Part shown: positions 19,301-27,449 of the stretch, piece by piece
Position numbering within the stretch: the stretch's first letter is position 1
Layout of the letters: each line of letters begins with the position of its first letter
Assembly (NCBI GenBank): GCA_964344565.1
Contig: CAYFNT010000012.1
Location: 30,648 to 94,647, forward strand
DNA length: 64,000 nt
Origin: an uncultured bacterium
Lineage (GTDB): Bacteria; Krumholzibacteriota; Krumholzibacteriia; JACNKJ01
Direction of reading: 5' to 3'
Position numbers and translations under genes: made by a program
Notes under the pieces: generated by a model
Told to the model about the DNA's origin: nothing
The model's database searches: none
The model's input: only the letters and a program-made list of their open reading frames with translations

Positions 19301-19365
19301 GCGGCGTCCTCCTGCTCGCGGAAGAAGCCAAGCAGCACTCCCTGCTTGTTCCTGGATAAACTCAT
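10357..19365 (-). CDS. ndvB: Cyclic beta-1,2-glucan synthase (Cgs/NdvB/ChvB-type; GT84 glycosyltransferase plus C-terminal GH94 glucan phosphorylase-like domain), about 3003 aa
   Basis: One continuous ORF. The probable start is ATG at 19365 (MSLSRNKQGVLLGFF, SD AGGTGAG); the listed 3053-aa ORF starts 50 codons further upstream. GT84 region (FFFFHRDREWCESEGRYIGWERKRGKLEELN, ITLDADTELPRDTARRMV) and GH94 region (GDWNDGMNRVGIGGKGESVWMAWFL, YFESIDYG). Multiple predicted TM helices in the N-terminal third. The size and architecture match Brucella/Agrobacterium Cgs. Confidence 0.85.
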   Translation of the reverse strand: MSLSRNKQGVLLGFFREQEDAARALEQLRRRGYRKVAVLRKSRSGQVRIQRGLGAPFGLARAPLNTYARYLVTGENMLMLQARFSSLAGELPILRRIGEVQPSIFTFHPDRKHKIPDEETRQTPLTSNQFRQHSRELATRHKVRPSRGKEESLLKRLDRCERVIQEVRRGLEDVSKLDQRISTSAEWILDNAYIVQGQINDVRLNLPKGFYRELPVLDSDPHRGLPRIYNMAKEMIQHTDGWLDRHNIGDFLEAYQSVSPLTIGELWAFPMMLRIALLTGLCRLTQRVDRRLHERESADFWAHRLLAASRRDPNQLLRILAEMAEQHPEPSPHFASQITSHLFDEDAALVPVRTWLEQKMAIPLAEMLQREQSEQAADRASIGNAITSLRQLTLLDWREIFEQQSMVEKVLVQDPGGHFSKMDFSTRDSYRDAVEEVARASKLGEEEVARKATELAAAAQGEENEERLGHVGWWLVGKGRPALLDSLFTRDSWRRRARRRITHRASPIYLGSLGLMTLSLLVALAWVGLASGVGAGWLLPILILAAFPASQLSLQLLNYAISRGLTPRALPKMSFKRTGIPDEFRTLVVVPMLSISEQVIDEELRKLEIRYLANPGDNLLYGLFGDFTDADEETTPRDAEILAHAKKAVDELARRHGENRFFFFHRDREWCESEGRYIGWERKRGKLEELNRLLSGERPRAGDGLIQAGDPSLLDNVRFVITLDADTELPRDTARRMVETLAHPLNRPWLSDDGTRVIDGYTLIQPRVSTGLPSAMTSLFSRIYTDPTGTDPYTRAVSDVYQDLAGEGSYHGKGIYDLRAFHQVLTDRFPEQTILSHDLIEGAHVRVGLATDIELYDDFPADYRSFAMRQHRWIRGDWQIADWSAPRVPGGDGKKTANPLDALSRWKVFDNLRRSMALPALLTLLPLSWFAGAALAAATAILAALVLLFPVLTRLSTWLLTPSQWMKLSRRELGYDFVRTLSDTALLPHQSWMTLDATLRAMHRRFISGKKMLEWTTAAMAKAHSGGQSAGFLLRVAVGAALALLLLIGILLTDAPGLWPALPFLALWFAGPVLALRLNRPDRTNESLGKLSRQDHLYLRRIARRTWRYFDDFIGEDTHWLPPDNYQVSYDGGLAMRTSPTNIGLWMLSSLAAQDFGFIRPDDAVDRIERTFDSLDKLERYHGHLLNWYDLNDLHPLEPRYVSTVDSGNLLGSLWALGPGIREIYERPLLREASFSGPNDSLRLLMESIDPSRLAAEPLQVLDALDRLLSRPSGKLLSRLGQIREASRHAGELILGAGMGSRGEVAEASYWNGKLREDLESLSILADRYLAWMELLAEVPQELLPHLGEEGQADWEALLDHAPSMAELASTSVPALNRIFALATVDEIQDSSRRWIERLEASFRACHERAALRMQQAERLIERARELASGMNMRFLYDRERRLFSIGYKVGDETLDGSYYDLLASEARLTSFVAIARGDVPADHWLSLSRPYGMVNRKRVLLSWGGTMFEYLMPTLFQRVFEKSLLDKSCSDAVDQQIHYGNQQKVPWGISESAFSDLDAQNTYQYKAFGSPGLGLKRGLDDDLVVSPYSTLLAVPFKPKESIANLRKLEANDLYGHYGFFESIDYGRQRRRAGEHGVVVHAYMIHHQAMGFLALSNFLFDGILQDRFHADPRVEATEPLLYERIPVAPPLYKVPLRQWTATRMLPADVAPATRNFETPHTRTPQTLLLGNGNMNIMLTAAGGGYSRWNGVNLTRWRADGTRDHWGSFCFFRDEQSGEVWSNTFQPLGDEGGEFSVNFAADRARFRRLDHGIHCETEIIVAPEDDLEIRQITLSNRTASTRRLEITSFYELALAEHRADRQHQAYSKLFVETEFLPEAEALLAQRRPKDADGEAIWAGHRLVFEHRTEAGLQYETDRRSFLWRGRDASDPAALGAPLSGGKGRVLDSIFSLRKSIVLEPQARVRFNLLLAASETRDGVLAVLDRYGDEKAIARELELAWRHAQLQLRHLRIQPDEARRFQQLAAHVLYPSRQFRAPEDRLRQNRLGQRNLWAHGISGDLPIVAVSVGQVRDMSLVRQLLLAHNYWRKNGLVADLVILNEEGASYDKPLQEQLMRLVQANSMYTGVDTPGGVFLRRADQLSEDDLHLLLSASHVHLVAARGPLPQQFGLPVKWSAETAPRSFKTLPEEPSFKLPYQELVHENGLGGFTPDGREYVITLNEGEQTPAPWVNVMANPEFGAMVSESGGGFCWFGNSQQNRLNAWANDPVSDPPSDAIFIRDEESGRLWSPTPLPIREIEPYRIRHGAGYTRFEHNSHAIEQDLLTFVPMDDAGGLPLRVQRLRLRNNSGRRRKLSVTYYTEWTLGENREDTQLHVVTQWEEKAGILFARNRYHSDFGHRLAFAAMSPRAEHHTGDRVEFLGRNGRPADPAALKGEGLSGRTGAGLDPCAAMQLSLELDPGEDRELCILLGQGASREEVMALVARFADAQRRAESYEATTDWWDKLLGSVQVETPDDRANIMLNRWLPYQALSCRIWGRSALYQSGGAVGFRDQLQDSMALLHNSPQLVREQILRAAARQFREGDVQHWWHPQSGAGIRSRCSDDLLWLPYVTARYVEMMDDEAILHEQVPFLEAAPLTKEQHEIFVQPAETVESATLFEHCRLAIQKGLNLGERGLPLMGSGDWNDGMNRVGIGGKGESVWMAWFLGDVLQSFARICRRLGREDEAEGYLGRAQQLAANVEKSAWDGDWYLRAFFDDGTPLGSKWSEEARLDSLSQSWAAISGLGDPERTDRALDSAREELVRREDRLVLLFAPPFEKWDMDPGYIKSYPPGVRENGGQYTHAATWLAKAFALRGRGEEAVEILDLLNPISHAYDGESAHRYRVEPYVIAADVYRLEGHLGMGGWSWYTGAASWYFRVWLEDVLGLDLAGSRLRLSPSIPAEWKGFKLSYRFGRAIYEIEVEGSGRVESIELDGRSLQDDVLPLEDDGAKHRVRVKLGEVSKVRS

Positions 19366-19482
19366 CTCACCTGCCAGATTGCGTGGGAATTCGACGGAAA
19401 GCACTATCGGACGCGATTTTGCGCCATGTCCCCGAAATGAACAAGCTCCAAAACGCCGGGACTCGCCAGGGGGCACGAAAAA

Positions 19483-19503
19483 GGCCCCGGCATCGCCGGG
19501 GCC
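19483..19503 (-). terminator. Rho-independent terminator downstream of tricorn-like gene
   Basis: Perfect 9-bp stem GGCCCCGGC / GCCGGGGCC with a 3-nt loop. On the minus strand it is followed by TTTTTCG. It lies 25 nt after the stop at 19528. Confidence 0.6.
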
Positions 19504-19527
19504 TTTCGCAGCGGGCAAGAATCGGTG

Positions 19528-22500
19528 CTAGTTCTCGTTCTCGTAGGCCTCCCGGCTGCGGTCGGGGGCCGGTCCGAAATCGGGCTTTTCGGGGGGATGC
19601 TTCTTGTGGAGCTTCATGACCTCCTCGATGCCCCGTTCCAGCTGGGCGTCGATGCCGCGGGCCAGATCCTGGGGAAGGTTGTCCACCTCGATGTCGGGAT
19701 CCACGCCGTGGCCCTCCAGTCCCCAGCCGTCCTTGCTGTCCCACCACGCGAACTCCGGATGCGTCACCGCGCCGCCGTCCACGAAGGGCTTCACGCCGCG
19801 GATGCCGACCACGCCGCCCCAGGAGCGCTTGCCGATGACCGGCGCCAGTCCTTCGAGCTGCACGGCCGCCGGGAAGATGTCGCCGTCGGAGCCGGCGTTC
19901 TCATTGGTGAGAACCACGAAGGGTCCGTTGAGCACCCGGTAGGGGTAGGTGCTCATGGTGCCGTAGCGCATGCGGTCCCAGCTGATGATGCTGCGTTGGA
20001 AACGCGCGAGGATGAGCTGGGACACGAAGCCGCCGCCGTTCCAGCGGGTGTCGACGATCATCCCTTCCTTTTCCAACTGCGGGTAGAACCAGGTGTCGAA
20101 CTCGACCATTCCGCGTCCGCCCATGTCGGGGATGTGGATGTAACCGATCTTGCCGTCGGTCTTCTCGAGAACGTACTCGCGGTTCTTCCTCACCCAGTCG
20201 GCGTAGACCAGCTGGAAGTTGTTGTAGATGGGACGCACGACCACGTGGCGCGTGTCCTCCGAGCCGAGGCTGTCGACCACCGTGAGCATCACCTCGCGGC
20301 CCGCCAGATTCTCGAAGGCCGCCTCGAAGGGTCGGTCCTCCGGGAAGGACAGCAGGTTCACCTCGAGGATGTAGTCGCCCTCGTCGACGTCCACTCCGGG
20401 CTCGTCCAGGGGCGAGCGCACGCGATCGGGGTGGCCGCCGCGGTAGATGTGATCCACGCGGAAGGCATCGCCCTCCCGCGCGAACTCGGCGCCGAGCAGC
20501 CCCGTGCCGCGCCATTGCGCGCCGGGCTTGTTGTCCCCGCCCCAGACGTAGGTGTGGCCAGTGGACAGTTCACCGATCATCTCGGCGATGAGATCGCGCA
20601 GGTCGGTGCGTCGGGCCAGGCGGGGCAGCATGCTCGCGTACTGGTCGCGGACGGCTTCCCAATCGAGGCCGTGCATGTTCTCGTCCCAGTAGAAGTCGCG
20701 CAGTCCGCGCCAGGCTTCGTGGAAGATCTGCTTCCACTCCTCGCGGGGATCCAGATCGATGACCGCGCCGCTGAAGTCCACGGCCGCGTCGGAGAGGTCT
20801 CCGGGAGGAGCGGCGGTGCCGACCACGAAGATCTGTCCGCGGCCCTTGCTCACGGCCATCTTGCCGGCGCCGGGCTGCAGGTCGTAGCTGAAGACGCCCG
20901 GCATGAACATGGAGGGCTCGTCCTCGCCGATGCCGTAGCTCATCAGATTCACGCCGCCTCCCGGTCCGCTATCGGCCCAGCTCGTGCCGGCCAATCCAGT
21001 CATGGGCGCGGAGTGGTAGAAGATCTTTCCGGAAACGGCGCCCAGGCCCCAGTAGCCTCCGGCGGGGATGGGAAGCTCGACGAATCGATCCGCGATTCCA
21101 TCGAAGTCGATTTCCACGGGCTCGAGTTTCTCTTCCTCATCCTCTTCATCCTCGGCCTCGTCGTCCTCGCCTTCGGCCTCTTCACCTTCCTCGTCATCGC
21201 TGTCGGCATCCTCGCCATCGGCATCATCGCCGTCGGCGTCTTCGCCCTCGCCTTCCTCGGCATCACCTTCTTCGCCTTCGGCCTCGGAGTCCTCATCCTC
21301 GGTCTCGGCGTCTTCTTCCTCCTCATCTTCTTCCACGGGAGGGATGCCGGCCTGATCCAGGAAGGGATTCTCCACGTCGGGACGAAGGAAGAGCATGTAT
21401 GCCTTGGTGGCCTGGTCGATGATGGTCTCGAAGTCGCGGTTGCCGATCAACGGATCGATACTGCGATTGCTCAGGAAATACAGGTACTTGCCGTCGGGAT
21501 CCCAGGCGGGGGAGTAGTCGTCGGTCATGTCGCCTGTGACGATGTGATCCTCCTGCTCCTGGGTGTCGTAGATATGGATCGTGCCGTTGCCGATCATGTT
21601 GTTGGTGGTGTAGGCGAGCCAGCGTCCGTCGGGACTCCACTCGTATTCGTGGATCTCCCAGCCCTCGCTGTGGGCGATCTCGATGGGATCGGATTCTTCC
21701 GCCTCGAGGTCGATGAGGAAGAGGCCGTGGGTGATGTCGCCGTAGGCCAGCCAACGATCGTCCGGCGAGATGCGGGGCATGAAGTATCCGCCCCGTTCGC
21801 CCGCCGGCTTGATGGTCTTCAGATCGCCTCGGCCCCAGGCGTCGGCGTTGACGAGGGCTTCCTCGCCGCTCTCGTCGGTCACGTAGACCACGCGCTCACC
21901 GTCGTCCATGTAGTTGAAGCGACTCTCGCGAGCGCCGCTGCCTCGGGTGACCGGCAGGGTCACCCCGTCCTCCACCGGAATGGTGAACATCTCGCCGCGA
22001 CTCACGATCATCACGCGCTCGCCGTCGGGGGAGAGTCCGTACTCGGTGAGGTAGAGGCCAGAGTTGGGGTAGCGCTTGCGCGTGAAGCTGCGCTCGCTGG
22101 GCAGGTCGATCTCTAGCGTGGTCTCCTCATCCGTGCTCGGATTGTAGAGGTGGATGTCGCCGGCCAGCCCGAAGACGATGCGGCCAGAAGGACCCATAGC
22201 GGGGAAACGGGCGTCCCAGGTGTCGTGGTCGGTCAGACGCTTGCGGCGGCTGCCGTCGGCCTTCATGGACCAGAGGTTGGCCGTGCCACCCATGTCGCTC
22301 AGGAAGTAGATCTTGCCGCCGAACCACATGGGAAAGAGGTCGATGCCGTCGAAGTCCGTGACTTCCCGGTAGTCCTGCTTTCCGGGATCGCCCACCCAGA
22401 TCTCGGGGGCGGTGCCGCCCCGGTAGCGCTTCCAGGTGCCGCCGCCCCAGGTGCGGGTGAAGGCCCAATCGCCGCTGTCCGGATCGATGGCCAGGAAGTT

Positions 22501-22977
22501 GGCGCGGCCGATGGGCACCTGCATCGCGTCCCCGCCGCGGGCGGGAATCATGTAGATCTCGGGATCGAAGTGTGCGCTGTGACGCGAAGCGCGGAAAAGG
22601 ATCTTCTCGCCGTCGGGCGACCAGCCCACGCAGGTGTCGCCTCCCGGATGCCAGGTCAGGCGTCGAGGCTCTCCGCCTTCCACGGGAATCACGTAGAGAT
22701 CCATGTTGCCGTCGTACTGGGCGGAAAAGGCGATGGTCTTGCCGTCCGGAGAGATGTGGGGGCTGAACTCCCGTCCCTCGTGGGCGGTGATGCGATGGAT
22801 GGATCCCACCCTGTCTCCGTCGATGCGACCGGTCCAGAGATCACCTTCGGCGGTGAAGACCAAGAGGTCTCCGTGGATGTCCGGATTGCCCAGGTAGCCC
22901 GGGCGCGCCCAGGCCGTCAGCGCCGTGGCGAGGATCAGAAGCAAGGCCAGATGGATCCGCATTGAGCCGCTACTCAT
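19528..22977 (-). CDS. Tricorn protease homolog (TolB-like beta-propellers plus PDZ plus S41 C-terminal-processing peptidase domains) with an about 70-aa D/E-rich insertion
   Basis: Signal peptide [20 protein letters not shown]-terminal propeller motifs ([27 protein letters not shown]), PDZ, and S41 core ([16 protein letters not shown]..., [18 protein letters not shown]). Acidic tract [37 protein letters not shown]... at about 21060-21330. The antisense 863-aa ORF is rejected. Confidence 0.8.
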   Translation of the reverse strand: MSSGSMRIHLALLLILATALTAWARPGYLGNPDIHGDLLVFTAEGDLWTGRIDGDRVGSIHRITAHEGREFSPHISPDGKTIAFSAQYDGNMDLYVIPVEGGEPRRLTWHPGGDTCVGWSPDGEKILFRASRHSAHFDPEIYMIPARGGDAMQVPIGRANFLAIDPDSGDWAFTRTWGGGTWKRYRGGTAPEIWVGDPGKQDYREVTDFDGIDLFPMWFGGKIYFLSDMGGTANLWSMKADGSRRKRLTDHDTWDARFPAMGPSGRIVFGLAGDIHLYNPSTDEETTLEIDLPSERSFTRKRYPNSGLYLTEYGLSPDGERVMIVSRGEMFTIPVEDGVTLPVTRGSGARESRFNYMDDGERVVYVTDESGEEALVNADAWGRGDLKTIKPAGERGGYFMPRISPDDRWLAYGDITHGLFLIDLEAEESDPIEIAHSEGWEIHEYEWSPDGRWLAYTTNNMIGNGTIHIYDTQEQEDHIVTGDMTDDYSPAWDPDGKYLYFLSNRSIDPLIGNRDFETIIDQATKAYMLFLRPDVENPFLDQAGIPPVEEDEEEEDAETEDEDSEAEGEEGDAEEGEGEDADGDDADGEDADSDDEEGEEAEGEDDEAEDEEDEEEKLEPVEIDFDGIADRFVELPIPAGGYWGLGAVSGKIFYHSAPMTGLAGTSWADSGPGGGVNLMSYGIGEDEPSMFMPGVFSYDLQPGAGKMAVSKGRGQIFVVGTAAPPGDLSDAAVDFSGAVIDLDPREEWKQIFHEAWRGLRDFYWDENMHGLDWEAVRDQYASMLPRLARRTDLRDLIAEMIGELSTGHTYVWGGDNKPGAQWRGTGLLGAEFAREGDAFRVDHIYRGGHPDRVRSPLDEPGVDVDEGDYILEVNLLSFPEDRPFEAAFENLAGREVMLTVVDSLGSEDTRHVVVRPIYNNFQLVYADWVRKNREYVLEKTDGKIGYIHIPDMGGRGMVEFDTWFYPQLEKEGMIVDTRWNGGGFVSQLILARFQRSIISWDRMRYGTMSTYPYRVLNGPFVVLTNENAGSDGDIFPAAVQLEGLAPVIGKRSWGGVVGIRGVKPFVDGGAVTHPEFAWWDSKDGWGLEGHGVDPDIEVDNLPQDLARGIDAQLERGIEEVMKLHKKHPPEKPDFGPAPDRSREAYENEN

Positions 22978-23182
22978 CGTTCCTCCTTGGAGAGGCTATG
23001 GGGGCGAACACAAGATGGGGGGACGCGAAGGAGCGCCGTTCCCGGCGGGAACGGCGGAATCGCGAAATGGGATGATCCGGAACGACCGGATGCTGCGCTC
23101 CCCCGTAAGAGCGATACGATAACGCTTCCCGTGAAAAGAAGTTACCGGAATGCTGGGGTTATTCTCAAGAAGTCCGCCAATG

Positions 23183-23191
23183 TGCTATAAT
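23183..23191 (+). promoter_or_regulatory. Extended -10 promoter element TGcTATAAT upstream of the CotH/LTD/CTD gene
   Basis: TGCTATAAT at 23183-23191 in an AT-richer divergent intergenic region, about 70 nt upstream of ATG 23262. The same 9-mer recurs upstream of the GH57-CTD gene (38541) and as GGCTATAAT upstream of the GATase-CTD gene (6631). Confidence 0.4.
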
Positions 23192-23261
23192 AATGATCTC
23201 GAAATCGAGGCGGGGTCTTCGATACCGGGCATTCAATACAATCGCAACCAAAGGTCCACCA

Positions 23262-26200
23262 ATGAGTTCGGCGCGTATTCTCAAGTCGATTCTTGGGGCG
23301 CTGGCGCTTCTCCTTCTGCTGGTGCCGCAGACGGAAGCCCAGTCCGCCCCCCAGGACTATTTCATGAGCATCGATCCGGACAGCCTCGATTACATCTACG
23401 AGAACTATTGGTTCGACCACTACGTGCCCTGCACCATCACCATCGATGGACAGCTCTGGCCCGACTGCCGGGTGCGAATCCGCGGAGATTCCTCCCGCGA
23501 GCTGCCGAAGAAGTCCCTCAAGATCAAGACCGATGGCGCTCTCTTCCCCAACGGCAACGACGTGATGAATTTCAACGCCGACTGGTATGACCCTTCCTAC
23601 ATGCGGGTCGTGATGGCCTCCCGATTCTTCGAGTCGGCGGGGGTGCCTTGCTTCTCGGCGGAGCACGGGCGGCTCCACCTCAACGGGAGTTTCTGGGGTC
23701 TCTACGTAGTCATCCAGAACATGGACGAGCTCTTCCTGCTGGAGAACGGGCTCGATCCCACCGGAAACCTCTACAAGGCGACCAAGGACGGCGCCTCCCT
23801 CTTCTACGGCGAGCCCGTGGAGCTGCGATGGGAGAAGAAGTCCAACGATCTCGGACCCTGGGACGATCTCTACTCGCTCATCGACAGCCTGCACTTCGTG
23901 CCCGACGATCGCTTCGGCAGCTGGGCGGTGGACAATCTCGAGATCGACGAGATCGCCAGCATCCTGGCCTCCAACGCACTGCTGGCCAACGGGAGCACCT
24001 ACTACCACAACTACTACATGTACCACGACATCAACGGCACGGGTAAGTGGTCCATGTTCCCCTGGGATCTCGACAAGATCTTCGCCCAGTACGGCGAAAG
24101 CTATCCCTATCATCGCTCGAGCACTTCCTGGCTCCACGACAATCCCCTGGTCGAGAGGTTCTTCGTCACGGATTCCACCTTCGACCTCTTCCACGCGCGC
24201 CTGGACGAACTCGTGGACACGAGCTTCAATCCGGATTTCTTCTACCCCCTCATGGACAGCCTTCAGCTGGTGCTGGAGGAGTCGGTGTTGAACGACGACA
24301 CCGACGACATCCAGAACATCGAGGACTGGTACTGGGTCCTCAACAACGAACGGGTCGTGGGCATCGAGGGGCGCATCGTGGACACGCAGGACCAGCTGGA
24401 CCATTTCCCGCGGCCCATGCGCGTGGAGCCCACGCCCCATTCCTACCAGGATTCGATTCCCTTCAACTGGAATTCCGCCACGGATCCCGACGGGGATCCG
24501 GTGACCTACACCCTCAAGTACTCCCTGAACTACACCTTCCCCGAGGGTTCGACCTACGTGCACGAGGACATCGCCGACACCACCTACACCCTTCGCATGG
24601 CGCCGCCGGAGGGCAACTACTACTGGCGGCTCTACTCCTGCGACGGCGACTCCCTGCACAATGTCGAGGGATGGGACTCCCACGGAACCTTCCGGGTTGA
24701 CCAGGGCACCGTGCTGCCGCCGGTGATTTCCAGCAACATGACCCTCACCAGCTACGGCTCGCCCTACTTCGTCAACGAGGATCTGGTGGTGGAGTCGGGC
24801 GTGACCCTGACCATCTACCCCGCCGCGGAAATCCGGCTCGCCGAAGACGCGAAAATCACCGTTCGCGGCGTCATGGATGCCGAGGGGACCGCGATCAATC
24901 CCATCATGTTCCGCCGCGACATCTTCCAGGACGAGCGTTGGGGCGCGCTCTGCTTCGACTGGGCCGACGGACCGTCCCTCCTGAAGCACGTTAACATCGA
25001 GGGCACCTCGGTGGGGGGCGACTACGTCTGGGAAAAGTCGGCCGTCTCCAGCTATCGCACCGATCTGGTTCTGGACCACGTGACCTTCGACAACTGCCGG
25101 CAGAGCGTCTACTCGCAGGAGGCCGATCTCGTCCTTCGCGATTGCCTCTTCCTGGACACCAATCAGCTTGAGATCCTCAACGTGAAGTACGGAACCGCGG
25201 CCATCGAACGATGCGAGTTCCACAACGCCGGGGTCGACGGCGACGCCCTCGACTTCGACACCGTCGACTACGGGCTCATCAGGGACTGCCGCTTCACCGG
25301 CCTTCCCGGCAGCGACGATCTCATCGATCTGGGAGACGAGTGCGTGGAGGTCGTGCTGGAAAACAACGTGATCGTCGGCGCGCCGGACAAGGGTGTGTCG
25401 GTGGGCGAGAAGTCCCACGCGCTGCTCTTCCGCAACTTCATCGCCGATTGCGCCATCGGCGTGGCCGTGAAGGACTCGTCCGTCTGCGATCTCGATCGGA
25501 ACACCTTCCGCGAGAATCTCACGGCCCTGTCGGTCTATGAGAAGATCTTCGGATCGGGCGGAGGATTCGCCTACGCGGACAACTGCATCTTCTCGGCCAG
25601 CATCAGCGACGACGTGGCCGTGGACGCCCTCTCCACCGGAGAGGTGAACTACTCCCTATCCGATACCGAAGCCCTGGAGGGACTGGAAAATCTCTTCGAG
25701 GATCCCCTCTTCCGTGATCCGGCCGGTGGAGATTTCCGACTGCAGCCGAACTCCCCCTGCGTGGATTCGGGCGATCCGGCCAGTCCCCTCGATCCCGACC
25801 AGACCCGGGCCGACATGGGAGCCTACTTCTACGATCAGGCGCCCCTGGCCCTCGTGATCAACGAGATCAACTACCACTCGGCCCCGGACTACGACTGTCA
25901 GGACTGGGTGGAGCTCCACAATCCCCTGGACATTCCCGTGGAGGTCGGCGGCCTCAAGTTCAAGGACGCCGGACACAGCTTCGTCATTCCCGAGGGTACC
26001 CTCATCGGCGCGCACAACTACCTGGTGATCGCCGAGAACCGAAGCGCCTTCGAAAACTTCCACGGCAGCCTTCCCAACCTTGTGGGCGATCTCGGCTTCG
26101 GTTTCAGCGGAGCGGGGGAAATCCTTCTGCTCACGGGCGCCGACGACACGGTCTACGATTGGGTCATGTACGACAGCCAGCCGCCCTGGCCCCTGGAACC

Positions 26201-26627
26201 GGACGGGCAGGGGCCCACCCTGGAGCTCATCGACTACGCCAGCGACAACACGCTCCCGGAGAGCTGGGGCGCGTCCATGGGGCACGGCACGCCTGGAAGA
26301 ATCAACAGCCTCACAGATCCCACGGCGGTGGAGTCGGACCCGGTCCCAGGGGTGACGAGTCTCGCGGAGGTCTTCCCCAATCCCTTCAATCCCCATTGCA
26401 CGGTTCGCTTCAGTCTGGCCGACGATGCGAAGGTTCGCCTGAGCGTCCATGATCTGCGGGGCAGACGGGTGGTCACCCTTGCGGACGAGTCCCTGCGAGC
26501 CGGTCGGCACGAGCGGAGCTGGGACGGTCTCGACGAGCGGGGGCGGCCCAGCGCCAGCGGCATCTACTTCCTTCGTCTCCAGGCGGAAGAGCTCCGTTTG
26601 TCCAAGAAGCTGGTGTTGCTGCGATAA
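23262..26627 (+). CDS. Giant secreted multidomain protein: CotH kinase-like domain plus parallel beta-helix region plus lamin-tail domain (LTD) plus T9SS type-A CTD
   Basis: Start at MSSARILKSILGALALLLLLVPQTEA (signal peptide). ORF-track start 23193 would overlap the -10 element. CotH motifs (WYDPSYMRVVMASRFFESAGVPC, GLYVVIQNMDELFLLENGLDPTGNLYKA, YYHNYYMYHD, KWSMFPWDLDKIF). Beta-helix repeats (about 24700-25700). LTD (LVINEINYHSAP..DWVELHNP...GEILLLTGADDTVYDWVMY). C-terminus FPNPFNPHCTVRFSL...SGIYFLRLQAEELRLSKKLVLLR. Confidence 0.75.
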   Translation: MSSARILKSILGALALLLLLVPQTEAQSAPQDYFMSIDPDSLDYIYENYWFDHYVPCTITIDGQLWPDCRVRIRGDSSRELPKKSLKIKTDGALFPNGNDVMNFNADWYDPSYMRVVMASRFFESAGVPCFSAEHGRLHLNGSFWGLYVVIQNMDELFLLENGLDPTGNLYKATKDGASLFYGEPVELRWEKKSNDLGPWDDLYSLIDSLHFVPDDRFGSWAVDNLEIDEIASILASNALLANGSTYYHNYYMYHDINGTGKWSMFPWDLDKIFAQYGESYPYHRSSTSWLHDNPLVERFFVTDSTFDLFHARLDELVDTSFNPDFFYPLMDSLQLVLEESVLNDDTDDIQNIEDWYWVLNNERVVGIEGRIVDTQDQLDHFPRPMRVEPTPHSYQDSIPFNWNSATDPDGDPVTYTLKYSLNYTFPEGSTYVHEDIADTTYTLRMAPPEGNYYWRLYSCDGDSLHNVEGWDSHGTFRVDQGTVLPPVISSNMTLTSYGSPYFVNEDLVVESGVTLTIYPAAEIRLAEDAKITVRGVMDAEGTAINPIMFRRDIFQDERWGALCFDWADGPSLLKHVNIEGTSVGGDYVWEKSAVSSYRTDLVLDHVTFDNCRQSVYSQEADLVLRDCLFLDTNQLEILNVKYGTAAIERCEFHNAGVDGDALDFDTVDYGLIRDCRFTGLPGSDDLIDLGDECVEVVLENNVIVGAPDKGVSVGEKSHALLFRNFIADCAIGVAVKDSSVCDLDRNTFRENLTALSVYEKIFGSGGGFAYADNCIFSASISDDVAVDALSTGEVNYSLSDTEALEGLENLFEDPLFRDPAGGDFRLQPNSPCVDSGDPASPLDPDQTRADMGAYFYDQAPLALVINEINYHSAPDYDCQDWVELHNPLDIPVEVGGLKFKDAGHSFVIPEGTLIGAHNYLVIAENRSAFENFHGSLPNLVGDLGFGFSGAGEILLLTGADDTVYDWVMYDSQPPWPLEPDGQGPTLELIDYASDNTLPESWGASMGHGTPGRINSLTDPTAVESDPVPGVTSLAEVFPNPFNPHCTVRFSLADDAKVRLSVHDLRGRRVVTLADESLRAGRHERSWDGLDERGRPSASGIYFLRLQAEELRLSKKLVLLR

Positions 26628-26747
26628 ACCGTTGATTCTGCGGCCATTAACCGACCTATCATTCTTTTTAAGACAAATCTCTCCAGATCCGCTAGACTTC
26701 TAGTGGGGACAAGGATTTCCCCAGTGTCTCATGCGGAAAGGAGAACC

Positions 26748-27356
26748 ATGAATTCCGCGGTTCCTACGACTCCCGAACGGAAACTGATTCTCAAGGACGG
26801 CAGCGAGGTTTGCATCCGTCCCATCCTTCTGGAGGACCTTGACGCCATCTGCGAGTTCTTCGCGGCCCTCCCGGAGGGGGACCGCGCCTACCTGCGCTTC
26901 GACGTCACCGATCGTCAGGTCGTGGAGGATCGTCTGCGCGAGATCCAGAACTGGGGGCGCCTGAAGCGCCTCGTGGCCTGCGCGGGCGAGAAGATCGTCG
27001 GCACGGGAGTGCTAGAACTCAAGGATTCCGAGAAGGAGTTCGATCTGGCCGAGGTCCGTCTCATCGTGGGCCATGACTATCAACGACGGGGCCTGGGCAT
27101 GCTTCTGGCGCGCGAACTCTACTTCCTGGCGGCCCGAGAGAGGATCCGCGAGGTGCGCGCCCGCGCGCTTCGTCCTCAGGAGGCCGCGCTCTCGATCCTG
27201 AGGCGACTAGGATTCCATGAAGTCGAGGTTCTCGAAGACGCCGCCGTCGATCGATATGGCAAGAAGCAGGACGTGATCGTTCTCGCCTGCCCCCTGGAGG
27301 GTCTCTGGAACGAGATGGAGATCCTCGTCGAGGACTTCGATATCCAGCATGGATAG
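26748..27356 (+). CDS. GNAT-family N-acetyltransferase
   Basis: ATG 26748 with SD AAAGGAG. Acetyl-CoA-binding motif region RLIVGHDYQRRGLGMLLARE. Confidence 0.7.
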   Translation: MNSAVPTTPERKLILKDGSEVCIRPILLEDLDAICEFFAALPEGDRAYLRFDVTDRQVVEDRLREIQNWGRLKRLVACAGEKIVGTGVLELKDSEKEFDLAEVRLIVGHDYQRRGLGMLLARELYFLAARERIREVRARALRPQEAALSILRRLGFHEVEVLEDAAVDRYGKKQDVIVLACPLEGLWNEMEILVEDFDIQHG

Positions 27357-27449
27357 CCGCACTTGAACCGAAGGCCCTTCCCATCTAGAGTGACGTGGCC
27401 GTAACCGGCCCGGGCGCCGAAGGTCCGGGCCGTTTTCTGGGGGAAGGGC

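Noticed and set aside
19525-22116. 863-aa ORF antisense to the tricorn-like protease, and the Ser-rich ORF 21068..21355
   Set aside because: Both are mirror images of a motif-rich minus-strand gene. The poly-Ser ORF is simply the complement of the acidic GAA/GAG tract.
23142-25418. 758-aa minus-strand ORF opposite the CotH/LTD gene
   Set aside because: It has no domain signatures, while the plus-strand frame has CotH, LTD and CTD motifs throughout.
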